Shown here one piece after another: positions 36,780-48,830 of a stretch of DNA of 64,000 bases. Within the stretch, counting starts at the first letter, position 1, and each line of letters starts with the position of its first letter. The position numbers and the translations under genes were made by a program. Origin of the DNA: Lama guanicoe. Its lineage: Eukaryota. The stretch is taken from contig MU054187.1 in assembly GCA_013239625.1 (NCBI GenBank), positions 16,446,941-16,510,940 on the forward strand, read 5' to 3'. The notes under the pieces are model-generated. The model saw only the letters and a program-made list of their open reading frames with translations. It was not told the DNA's origin and searched no databases.

Positions 36780-37400
36780 AGAGTTACAAGTGACTACGTT
36801 GTTTTCTAAAGACATGGTGGTAGAGGGCGACTGTGTCCGAAGTAGATAACAAAAGAGGGGAAATTACTTGAGGTAAATTGAGTACAATTTTTAGCACATT
36901 GGTGTTGGAGTTTCTTAGAGGGCATCAAGGGGAGGAGGTCATACAGTAGGGATCAGGGACTTCTAATGTAAATTTGAAGATCATATCCATTGAATTAATA
37001 GGTAGAATAATGAGGGTGGATGAGATTTCCAAGAGAGGAGTGTACAGTACAACCCAGCATGTATGGAGGTGTCTCTGGATATGAGAGGTGGTAAGAAAGA
37101 GGAGGGGCCAATGAAGGAAATTACCTGAAAGGTATACAAGAGTAGAGGGTCAGGGAAACCAACTAAGGAGCTGTGTTAGGGCGAGATGATGAGTGTCACA
37201 GATGCTGAACAGGGAGAGACTGGGAACAGGTGAGAGCAAATTCCAGAAGTGGTATATAAATTACTCTCTGGGGAAGTTGTTCCGTGAAGAGATGCCAAAG
37301 AGAGGTGGCTGTGTCTCCATGAATGAGATCTATGTATTTAAATCTTGTGAAATGCACCAACTTTAAAACTGTGGCTCCAGTCGGGGAGAAATAAGAGTGC
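36780..37400 (-). mobile_element. Diverged L2 fragment
   Basis: Purine-rich stretch with L2-like motifs (ttttagcacattggtgttggagtttc, gtggatgagatttccaagagagg). Confidence 0.55.
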
Positions 37401-40400
37401 ACAGAGCAATCCTAACTTGAAACCTCTACCTCTCAATAGCAACTCGGGCAAGAGGTGTGAAGACCGCATTCAATGGCCAAGAGCCAGATCAAGTCCGGTG
37501 ATTCTAGAATATTTCTTTTTACTCTCCATTCTTCCCAAAGCATAAAATCTCACGAACTAATGTAGGCAACTGAAATGAGTTATTCAATCCGTATCTATAT
37601 GGGCCAAGATTCAAGAGAGAGAGATGTGTCTTTTGGGTAGAAAACAAGGCAAGTTCCTATTTGGGGGTAAGAACATTGAGAGATGCCCTGACAGTGGCCA
37701 CTCGGGACAGTGTAAGAACTCTGGAAGGGCTGTGCAGTGTAGATAGAAATGGACACTTAAAAATAATCAGAAAGTTTTGTTCCCTTTCCTTACATTACCA
37801 TTCTAAAAACCAATTATTTCAGATGTACATATTTTGGGGAAAAGCGTAGTCAAGGCTTGCTTTTATCTTTCCTGTTTCAGAAATGACCACGTTCTCAGCC
37901 TGAGCTCTAGTGAAGGCAGGAGCGGAATAGTTTCTGAACAACTCCAGCTGGCAATTTTTGGTTGTATTGTCCAGCCTTCATCCAGTGACACTGAAGTTAC
38001 TGATAGACTCTTGGAAATACTGTTTTCTTCGGTTGCATTGCTATATGGGAATGGATGCTTGATTGGGATTTGGGCACAATGTACAATGAAAGGTGTTTCC
38101 ACATAAATAGGTCCAGCATGTTTGTCCCAAGGGGAATAAATACAAGAGGAATAAGCAGAGAATGAAGATGCTCGTTAAGAGCTGGTAGAAAAAGAAGCAA
38201 GCATTCGGATGGTATCGGTACAGTCATTGGGTGATGTGGACGAGCCATTCAAAATTCTAATCATGACACTCTTGGAGTTATGATTTCCTTCTCTTGTTGA
38301 CTAAATATACTGTGCTTATTTGAATCTGGGCATTTAGGCAGCAAAATCGATCTCGTTTCTTTTATCAACAGCCATGCAACCAGACCTTTACCTACCGTCC
38401 CAGAGGGCCCCACCCCTCAAGCTTAATTTCTAACTCCTGCCTGGCTCTCCTGCTCACTGACTGCATGAAGGAAATGAAATCTCAGAAAGCTTGAGAGTTT
38501 AGATGGTGCGCTCAGTACAACTCAGACCTGATAACATCTGTTCATTTAATGCCTAACCCATTAACTCAAAATGACACTGCTACACAAGGAAGAAGTGAGG
38601 GGCGTGGAAGGGATAATTTTAGACTTGGTTCCACTCTGAGCATTCCTTCTGCAAATGCATGTTAATTGCAGAATCAAAATAAACACACTTAATTGAACAG
38701 TATTGTGGATCAATAGAATCATTGACTGAGTACCACTGGTGCTCACTTGAGGTAAACAAGTGATTTAATAGTCTCCACTTCCTTCAGGCCTCTTTGGTGT
38801 GACCATCAATAGCCTGCTGCTAAATCGGAACTGGCAGTGACCAAAAGGCCTGCATCAAGTAACCTGGCTTGACCTTCCCATGTGTATTATCGCCTGATGT
38901 CTTACAAGCCATTTCCTCTTCCCGTTCTGTGTGTCTTGCAATTCTTGAAGCTTAGCTTGTGTGAAAACACTTACGCACACACCCCCTCTGTTACCTTTTA
39001 TAAAGAAGGTTATTTCTTTAAGGGCTGGAGTAAGAACTGTCCTTTCCAAACTTTTACTTTATTCCAGTTTAAACAGTCCACGTATTTGACATTTCCCGCT
39101 TGTACGTGCAGTGCAGCAGGATAGGAAAAAGGCCATGGAGGATGGAGAGGAAGTTGAAAGAAAGTAAAATGTGCAGTTGGCCACTGGCAGGCACAGATTT
39201 TAAGACTTCAGATTGAGTCTTGGAGCTGGGCTGTGATTAGCTTCCTTTTGGAGATTCTATCCATCTCTGAACTTCTGCAGGGAGAAACCTATAAGTTCCC
39301 ACGGCCAGAATCTTTGTGGCACGTCCAAACCTCATCCCGCGGACTGCATGCCGGACACATGCCAGCTAGACTTCTCGTCAGTCCAAGCTCCGTTCTGTCG
39401 CTGGTGTTGGCTAAGACATCTCTACTTCGCGTGAACACGACTGCCACCCACGATGGCCATTCTAAGTCAGTGTATTTTGGAACACGTGCAATTCAGTGGA
39501 GACCAACTGAACTAACTCAGAATTTCATGTGGAAACACTAAGCCTCTTTAAAATTCCCAACTGAGTCCTGGGGAGAGAATCAGTGCAGGCCAGGTGAAAC
39601 CTGACGAAGGAGCTTCAGTCTCAGTTCATTCTGTTTGTCTAGAACATTTCACTAAGCAGAGCTGAGTGAGCAATATTAAAAAAGAAGACTTCTCAGTGGG
39701 CATTAGAAATACGTCATTGGCTAGTAGTAGTCACAACGTCAACTTGGTTGTATGCAGATGCTTTCAGTAACGATCAGATCTATTAAGGAGCTAGTAAATC
39801 TGGAGGCTGATTATTTTAGTGTCTTCTAAAGGCCATGCCCATTGTGATGCATCAGTGTCATTCTGGAATGCTGGACAGGCAGCTCAGCCCTGTAGTTCAT
39901 CCAGTCGAACTCCATTACTGTTTGTTGGATGAGGAACTCAAGCCCTTGTAAAAAATGTCGTGGCTGAATATGGTTTAACCCCTTCATTGTCTAAAGGCGA
40001 GTACCCAGCCCTTCCTGTGGCTTTTCTGGCCAGATCTTGGCCACTAACAAAACAATGATGATGACAACGAAAGCAGTTTATGCTGTACTTTCTGTGAGAA
40101 TACCTTTGCTATTGGCAACGCATCCACCAAAAGTGTGTTGTCAGCCCCAGTGGCGCACCTGTCAGTTGAGGCTGCCTCTGAGTTTGGATAAGACTCTCTG
40201 TGCTGTCTGCTCTCCTTAAGAGTTTTTAAAATCTAGATGCTCAAGCTCCATGCTGGAGTTTCAATCTCGAGATAAGAGCCTGGAAATCTGACTTGGGGAA
40301 AATACTCTCTTTCTGACGCCACGTCAGTCCAGGAATCCTTGCTCTCTCCACCCCAGAGCATGGACCATCTCCGCAACATGACAGGAGCTTTCAGGCGTGG

Positions 40401-42462
40401 TGCTCCTCCACGGACTGTCTGTCCCTTCAGTCGGAAGGACCCTTTCATCTTCCCCTAAGGAACATATGCTCATCCTTCAAGGCCAGCTTTACAGTCAGCT
40501 CTGCTTGGGGCACTAAATCTACCGTCACACCCACACTACCTGGACGCGGATTGGAATGTTCTGTGACCCTCCTTCCTTGGAAACACTTGACTTTTGATGA
40601 GATTAGGAAAAATAAATATGAGTTGAAAGGCTATGTTCTCTCTCCTTACTCATAGTAAGGTCTCCACGGTTTGCAAATGTACGAGAAAACAGCCGTAAAA
40701 TGAAATTCTTAGTTGTGCGGGTACAGTTTTTATTTCCTTTTTGGGGTGATTGATTCCAAATGGTAGACATGTATTGACATACTGAATAGTGGCATTTTTT
40801 GGGTAGAGCTGTATTTCTTGTCTTTTCTTTTTTTTTTTTTTATTTTTTTCTTCTTTTAAGGCCCTAAAATAAAAGGGATGGTTGAAAGTCAATCAGTTTC
40901 TGAATTTTGTTATATAAGTTTTCTCGGAGATACGTAGATACACATTTTAATCTTAAAATTTTTTCCCTTAAAGAAGATAACTCCAGTGTACATTTTAGAC
41001 TCCATGGCAGAGTCAATGTTAAAGACGGTTATAGCATTTGACAATAAGACTTTTGTAACATTGTGCACGAACAAGCTTATGATTTTGATGAAAGGTAAAG
41101 GTTTATGAATTAGAGAAGATTTTCTTAATGATTAAAATAGTAATAGTTTTTTGCAGCTTTGGGACAACACAGTTATTATCAAATGGTATTTAAAGTCACA
41201 TTAAAGTATGCAGGGCAAATTTTATTTTTTTAATAAAGAAAGGTTCACTGAACGTAGTGGCCTGGCCTGAGAGTTAAAGTGAGTAGGAGTCTTTGACAAT
41301 GGGCCAAGTAGTAACATCGCTAATGTTTTGCGTGACGTTTATTTCTTCAGGCTGGACAGTGGTTTCTGGTAACATGTCTTTGGAGGGTGTCACTTCTCGT
41401 GGAACTTTTTAACCTGCCTGCAATCAATCCAAGTAATGCTGTTATTTGATGTATAAATTGCTTTGAAAAGTAGACCTCTTTTCTTTCTGCTTTCATGATA
41501 GAAATTCTAATCAGAGAATTGAAGCAGGAACTACACCTAATCATCATTTTTGGAGTTTCATTCTTTTGGTATGAAAATTTTCATTCACTTTTCACTTAAG
41601 AAAGGAAAAATTAAGGTCTGGGCCGTTCTACTTTGACTAAGACATTCTCAGTATTTTTCTGTTCAAACCACGTAAAGCAAATGCCAGTTTTTTTTAATTA
41701 TTTTCTTGTGTGTCTAGAAATAACATTTTCTAGTCACCTACTAGAAAATGAAAGGATCTTTACACGCGATGATGTAAAGTTTAAGAGGAAGAGATGAAGA
41801 CTGAACAACTGTTCAGGAGACTAGTAGAATCTAGTATAAAAGAGGGAGGCCTTCGTCTGTGTCTTTGGCTCAGTCATTTCAGCCCCACTGATGGTCACAC
41901 GGCTTGAGAGCATCTCACTAAGTGGCCGTGAACTTGACCGATGTACTCTTTCGGTTAACTATGATTGTACTCTGCTTATGAATATTTTCACCTCATTATG
42001 ACACGCTGTACAACAAAAGCCTCAATTTTTATATTTTCTTTTTAACAAAATATGGCCAAAACCTCACACATGCACTAAATTCAGTACTTGTAGAGTTTCC
42101 ATTTCTTTTGTAATTCGCTGTATTTTCCAAGGAAAAGTGATGACTGTGGTAACTTCTGAAACCGAGAGTAACAAAATTTTCAGCATCTGGCAAATTTCCT
42201 TTAAGGAATTGGTCCTCAAGAGGTATTTTCAGAAAGAGTATATATACTTGTAAAAATCACAAAGGGGAAAATAGCATGCTTTATCAAACCTAAATTTCTT
42301 GACTAAGATTACTATTAAAATAAGGGGGATGTAGTCTTTTGGTTTCCAAATATTATTTGTGTCCCCTTGTCTTTGCTTTTATGTTTTCAGTACTTAACAT
42401 GGGACTTAACCCAGTAAGAGGAACTGAAAGAAGGAATGAATAAAATTCCTTCCATCACTTTA

Positions 42463-43274
42463 TTTTTTTTTCTTTTTAAAAATTTATTTATTTATTTTAA
42501 ATTGAAGTATAGTCGATTTGTAATGTTGTGTTAATTTCTGATGTACATCACAGTGATTCAGTTACACATAGATGTTCTTTTCCATATTCTTTTCCACGAT
42601 GGGCCTTTACAAGGTATTGAATATAGTTTTTTGTGCTATACAGTAGGACCTTGTTTATTTTATATACAGTAGATAGTATCTACAAATCCCAAATTCCCAA
42701 TTTATCCCTCCTCACCATTCCCACTGGTAGCCATAAGCTTGTTTTCTGTGTCTGTGAGTCTGTTTCTGTATTGTAAATAAGTTCTTCTTCTTTTTTTTAG
42801 ATTCCACATACAAGTGATATCATACGGTATTTTCTTTCTTTCTGGCCTCCTGCACTTAGTTTGACGATCTCCAGTCCATCCATATGGCTACAAATGGCAT
42901 TATTTCATTCTTTTTTATGGCCAAGTAGTATCCCATTATACTCACATCTTCTTTATTCATTTCATTCATCTGCTGATGGACATTTAGGTTGCTTCCATGT
43001 CTTGGTTATTGTACATAGTGGTGCTGTGAATACATGGGGATGCGTGTGTCTTTTCACATCAGAGTTTCCTCTGGATATATGCCCAGGCGTGGGATTGCTG
43101 GGTCATAAAGTCTATTTTCAATTTTTAAACTTATCTCCAAACTGTCTTCCATAATGGCTGCACCAAAAGACATCCCCTTCCCACCGGCAGTACAGGAGGG
43201 CTCCCTTTTCTCCACACCCTCTCCAGCATTTACCATTCGTGGACTTCTTAATGATGGCCATACTGACTGGTGTG
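42463..43274 (-). mobile_element. 5'-truncated L1 with 14-bp TSD
   Basis: Poly-T then attgaagtatagtcgatttg. Minus ORF contains [17 protein letters not shown]...YDPAIPRLGIYPEET (L1 ORF2). TSD cttccatcacttta (42449-42462) / cttctatcacttta (43275-43288). Confidence 0.95.
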
Positions 43275-46200
43275 CTTCTATCACTTTAAAACATCACTTT
43301 TACTCAAGATTCCATCGTGGGTCTTATTGTAATCTCTAAATATTTTTATAACCTTATCTACTCACATGATATTAGTGGTCTATTAAATCCTTCTCTGTTA
43401 CCTAAGCATTGTGTTGAATTGTAGATTCCATTTCCATGTGGACGTCGGTAAGGTTCCCAAACCTGTGTATCTGCACTGACTTGTGCTCTGGCGTTTTCAG
43501 TACTCCACCAACTACTGCTACTGACTTACATTTTGTTAGGGGAATGTCTACACTCCCACTCGCTGAAGTCTGAAATTTTCTCTTTACTCCTGTCCTGTGT
43601 TTCTATCAAACCAACTGCCAAACTTTGTAATTTCGTATTTAGCATCTTTTCTTATGTCTTTTCTTGTTTTTGTTTTGTTTTTTAATTTTATTATCTCAAA
43701 CTTAGACCATAGTAAAACCTCCAAATCAGCCTTTCAACTTAACTGTTCCTTTTCCCTCCAGCCTACTTTATGCAATTGTTGCTACCATAATGGAAGTCTT
43801 AATCCACTTTTTCATTCATGTAGGCAGTTTTATTTAGAAATCTCAGTTCCTCTATTTCAACTCATGTAAAAGCTAAATTAATTTATGTTGGTTGGAATTA
43901 TTATCAGTTCTTGAATAATAAAATCAGAATACTTCACATCTCTATTGTGATGTAAAGTTGACAGATTGCTGTCTTCTGTTAGAGTCCAGGTAAGAAAAAA
44001 AAAAATCTAGTAAAATGAACAGTATTAGAGAAAGACTTTGTCTGGAATGACCTGGAAAATTCAAAAGATCCAGGCTTTCTTTAAAATTGATGCCATGTGT
44101 ACTCAGTTCAGTTCTGGACCATTGTGTTCCGTGACTATTCAGTTTAGACTCTTTACCATCTCTATGTGATGTGCCATTTTCTGTTACTTATGATTTTCTT
44201 GAATTTAATGGAAATATTTCACAAAGTGCTAGTCTGGAGTCTTCTGACCTCAGTTGTCTAGCAAAAAATTGATCTTTTCTATGATCTTACCCAGTTGATT
44301 CTCTTTCAATCTCTCGATGAGTAGAATGATTTTATGTAGGACCAAGGGACATGATCAAGGTCAAAAACTGTTAAGTTTCCCTGGAAGAATGACATCTGTC
44401 AATCTTCATTAATTGAGGCTCATTTTTTTCTTGGTGAGATGCTTTAGGTGGCATCCTGTGTCCAGAACATTAAGAGTTACTTGACTAGCTACCTATTCAT
44501 TTATCAGAAAGAGAGTGGAAAGTCACCATTCTTTATGAATATGGTAGAACTTCCAAGACTAGTTGGTTCTTCAGCCAAAAGTTTTAGAATTAAGGGCGGA
44601 GAGAAGCTGATTTAAAATTGTTACAATGCCTGTAATATTGATAAATGAAATACATGAAATACAGTGTGATATAAATACATTATGCTATACAATTATTTTC
44701 CGTTTTACCAACTACATGTTGTTTATCTTATTATAGGTGTTTTGAGGATAGGCAAGGATTTATTGAGCTGAGTTAATTTCTAATTCAGTACAAATGAAAT
44801 AATGTAAGATTTTTGCTGTTTTTAAGATGTTTTGATAGATTGTTTAATTATATTGTAAAAGGTTGCTTGTACCTAAAAATTATATATGCTTCCTCTACAG
44901 AGTCAGTAGCAAATGTGTTCTGTTTCTAAGCGATGCTGCATATCTGGAAGCTTGATAATCGCTGTTCATATTTTCTTACCAAACTGATAATGTGTTATTA
45001 ATTCAGATTTTTAAAAAATAACCTTCTAAATCCCTATGTTTTGTCCTAGGTTTAAAGTTCTATGAGAACCAGACCACACATTCTTCTGCTCTTAGGCTGT
45101 GTTGTTTTCAGAGATGCTAACCTGTTAGTGATTAACCAAGATTAGGGGCTTGGATGCTTGTGGTTATCAGAGAGCTTTCCCTGAGGATGTCTGCAGTTCA
45201 AGGAGAATTTCTGCATGTATGTCGAGGAGGGGTTCTCTAACACCATATTGACTTTATGTAAAGACTCGTGTTTGTTTTGTGAGTGCTTAACAATGCTGTT
45301 GTATGATTGGAGCAAAAAATTTGACACCAGAGGGACATGGCCTGGACTTAAGATGCCAGACTGTGTTCTTTTCAACCTAAATGCAGTAAGAAGTAAATGT
45401 ACCTTAGTGTACTCACAGTGAAAGAAGTCATATGCTGTCTCATATCCTCGGAATCACTATGCAAAGGAGCAGAGTGTGTAGCTTGTATGAAAGAAATTCA
45501 GTTGCTTGCCACGTTCATGCTTTCTGCTTAAAAAATGCATCTTTATAATATCTCCCGCTTTTTAACTGCCTGCTCTATTTCCTAACTATATTGTAACAGC
45601 CTGTGAGATGTTTTGATTTGTCTTGCTTTCCCATGACCCATAGTAATTAATAAGTCTTTCTCAAAAATAGAAATGAATGAATGGAAAAAAAAATCAGTGG
45701 TGGAACTGAGGTTCAAACTCAGATCTGAATCTAAGTAGAGCCTTTTCCCTCCTGTACCGTAAGGACTCATTGAAGCCTCTCTCAACTTTATTTTTTACAC
45801 TAAATGATAAAAATAGCAAAATAATGCATAGCCTTTCAAGAGAGTGAGTTACTTACTGTCACTTTTAAAACACTTTTGTCATACTTTTTTTATAACACTG
45901 AGGCAGGTGAGGCCAGGAGGTAAACAGTTGTATTGATTGGTAGGACTATGCGTTTGTCTGCCCACATCACCCAGTTTTCTAGAGGAAGCTTAACGATGGG
46001 ATTTCTTGTTTCCTCTTTGCAGGGTTTTCTGAGGCCCCTGGGACTCCAGCGATATGTTCCTCCAACCCACATGCACTGGGGGCAGTGTGTTTGCCCACCT
46101 GCTTACCTCTGTTCACTACCAGGCTAAGTCTTTCATTCTATCACCCATTGCTGAGAGGGCCTCTCAGCCTAACTAATGTTTGTGCTAACATTTACAAAAA

Positions 46201-47909
46201 ACTGGCTTATATTTAGTTGTTTATATTTCCGTGAAAATCAAATGAGGTTTGGGGATAAGCTTAACCATGAATGGAAGTACATTAGACGTAAAAGCCAAGA
46301 AAGAATAGAGTCAGATGGTGGCCTCCACTATCTCCCTTGGGTTTATACACTAGATGTCAGTAATTAATAAAGCCACCGGAATCCTTCTTGACACAGTGTT
46401 CTTGGCAATGGTTACCAGTTGGGTTGAAGGGGCAGGCAAATTAAAACCTATTTGCCATCTATGTTTGTCTCTGGTATAGGTTCAGTTAATCTACAGCAAA
46501 ACTATTTGCTTTCTTACCTCACTTTTAACAGAGCTTTGGAACTAACTCTGAGGGAAATATGTGGGAAAGAAGGTAAGATAAAACTGTGATTTGCTATCTG
46601 CTGTTAGGTAGACACTTCGGCCATAAATTCATATCTTTATTTTTGTTTGTTTGTTTATATATGATATTAAACACTTCATTCTGGTTACAGTCTTGACTTA
46701 GAAAAGAAAGTGTTGGTGTGTTTGTGTCTCTAACCTGCTTGTGCACGTCTGATGATGAGTATTTTGAGACCTGAGTTCATCAAGAGTGGCCCTGCCAAGT
46801 GATGAGTATCCGAAGGTGGTCGTGGACCACCCGTGTGCTGAGAACAGATTATTATTGCTAGAAAGAAACTAGCCCTTAAGGAAAAAAATGCTCAAACTGG
46901 TTAAAGCATCCCTTGCAATCCTTTCTGGCCATTCGGAGTCAATTTGGGGAAAGTTCTACAAAGCTTAGCGTTTTGACATTGTTATTCATAATTTTCAATT
47001 ACCTTCATGAAGACAAGAGAAAGAAAAATGTCAGTTCATTCATAAATATTTAATCGTATTTAGTATGACTCTAAATTGTGGTTTTAAAAAAAGTTGGCCA
47101 TGACTTAAAAGAGTGGAAAACACTGCATATAGCAGTACATATATATATTTCATCTTTTGCTGTTTAAAAATATGTGGTTCCAGACAACTTTGGCAGTAAC
47201 AGTTTTTTACCTAATTTTAGCTGCAAACCTTAGGCAGCGTAATTTAAGAAGGTGAAGCTTCTATGGTAACATGTATAATGAGTTCTTCGTGTCCTAAACT
47301 GACGTGGTTGATCCGCCACCATTAGTGCTTCTGCATTTAGCATTGTCCTGGCCGCTTGAAAAGGCTTCTGGGTTTATTTTTGTTTTTGTGTTGTTTTACG
47401 AGGTGTGTGTGCGTGAGCGTGAGTGCATATGTGCACACGTGTACATTCTTCGTAAAGATGGAGTTGCATACAGGGTCTGCAGTAGTTTCCGTTAAAAATG
47501 ATGTCGGTCTTTCCTCCTGAATTGATTTATAAACTACATGTGTGTCCCCAAATCAACAGCATAGAGTAACAGCACTCGGGGCCTTCTTTGGAATTAAGTT
47601 GGACCAGCAGTTTCTTTTATCTTTTATCGGGGGCTCCCAGAAATCTGCCTTTACTGATTTACATTTTGGACTATACCCTCTGCCTCTGGTGCAAGATGCA
47701 GCTTCATGAAACCTCCCTGTCCATTTGCTTTAGTCGCGCTACCAGGCACCCGTCCAATTAGATAACTCTGTGTTCCCTGCCTCCATTAGCAATTCACTTA
47801 CTTTTAAAAATATTTACATTACACTAGGAATACTTGTTTCAAAAACTAATAAGAAACAGACAGCCAAGAGAAAAAAAGTCAGATACAGTATTAATAATTT
47901 CAAAATGTG

Positions 47910-48082
47910 CTGCTTCTCTTTCTCTGTCGTGTCCTCTGTCTCTCCACCTATGTCTTTTGGCCCTTCCATCTCTCTTTCTGTCTCTTTGTCTTTCTTCCTT
48001 TGGTCTGTCTGATTTGTTTCCTGTTCCTCTTCATGTCTCTGGATCTTTTCAATTCTTTGTCCTAGTTACCCTGTTTCTGCCC
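47910..48082. repeat. Pyrimidine-rich (CT/TCTG) low-complexity tract
   Basis: Nearly A-free run: cttctctttctctgtcgtgtcctctgtctctcc... Confidence 0.75.
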
Positions 48083-48239
48083 TAGGACATTTTTTACTTA
48101 AAAAAAATGTATAAAGAAATTTTTCTGTAAGTTGGTAGTTAAGGCTTTGAAATCACACGGACACGGTATTGATTCTTGGCTCTCTCTGCTCCTTGTATTT
48201 CTGAGTGTGATTGCTGTAAGGTCTAAAACAGACAAAGTG

Positions 48240-48830
48240 CTATATATACCATCCTTGGTGCTGTAGGAAATGTGAACAGTTATTCTTAGGAATATATGTG
48301 TTTGTATTTCTTTACATACTTCCCTGATTATTTTATGATAAATTTCTATGAGGAGAATTGCTTCTTTATATGGCATGCATTTTAAACACACATTGCCACA
48401 TTGCCCTCCAGGTGGCTTGGGTCTATTAATATTGCACAAGCAATTTTGGAAAATGTTTATACCCTGGCCAGCATTGTGAATTATTAGTCTTTTAAATATT
48501 TCCTCATAATAAATGAAGATATTTATTATTATTTACTTCCATTAATGATGAGGTCAAACTTTATATTCTTTAATGAATTGTACGTTCATATTCTTTTTGC
48601 ATGCTTTTTCACTGATGTGTTTGCTTGTTTTTCTTATTGCTGTATTGGAACTCTTTATACATTAAGGATACTAGCCCTTTGTTATATGTGATGTAAATAT
48701 TTTACCCAGCATTTCTGCCTGGTTGTAATTTAATTTAGGGGTGTTTTTATGCAGGGATGTTTTAATTGTTATGTATACAAATCATCAGTCTTTTACCATT
48801 TCTACCTTTTTAGATGTAAGTGTTAAAAAA
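48240..48830 (-). mobile_element. Old L1 (L1ME-like) fragment
   Basis: attgccacattgccctcca...tttcttattgctgtattggaactctttatacattaaggatactagccctttgttatatgtgatgtaaatatttt. Confidence 0.7.

Noticed and set aside
46749..46830. CTGATGA as a hammerhead core
   Set aside because: No correctly placed GAAA and UH; a box C/D reading fits better.
47305..47318. tggttgatccgcca resembling the 18S rRNA 5' end
   Set aside because: Only about 14 nt with a gap and no convincing extension; consistent with chance.
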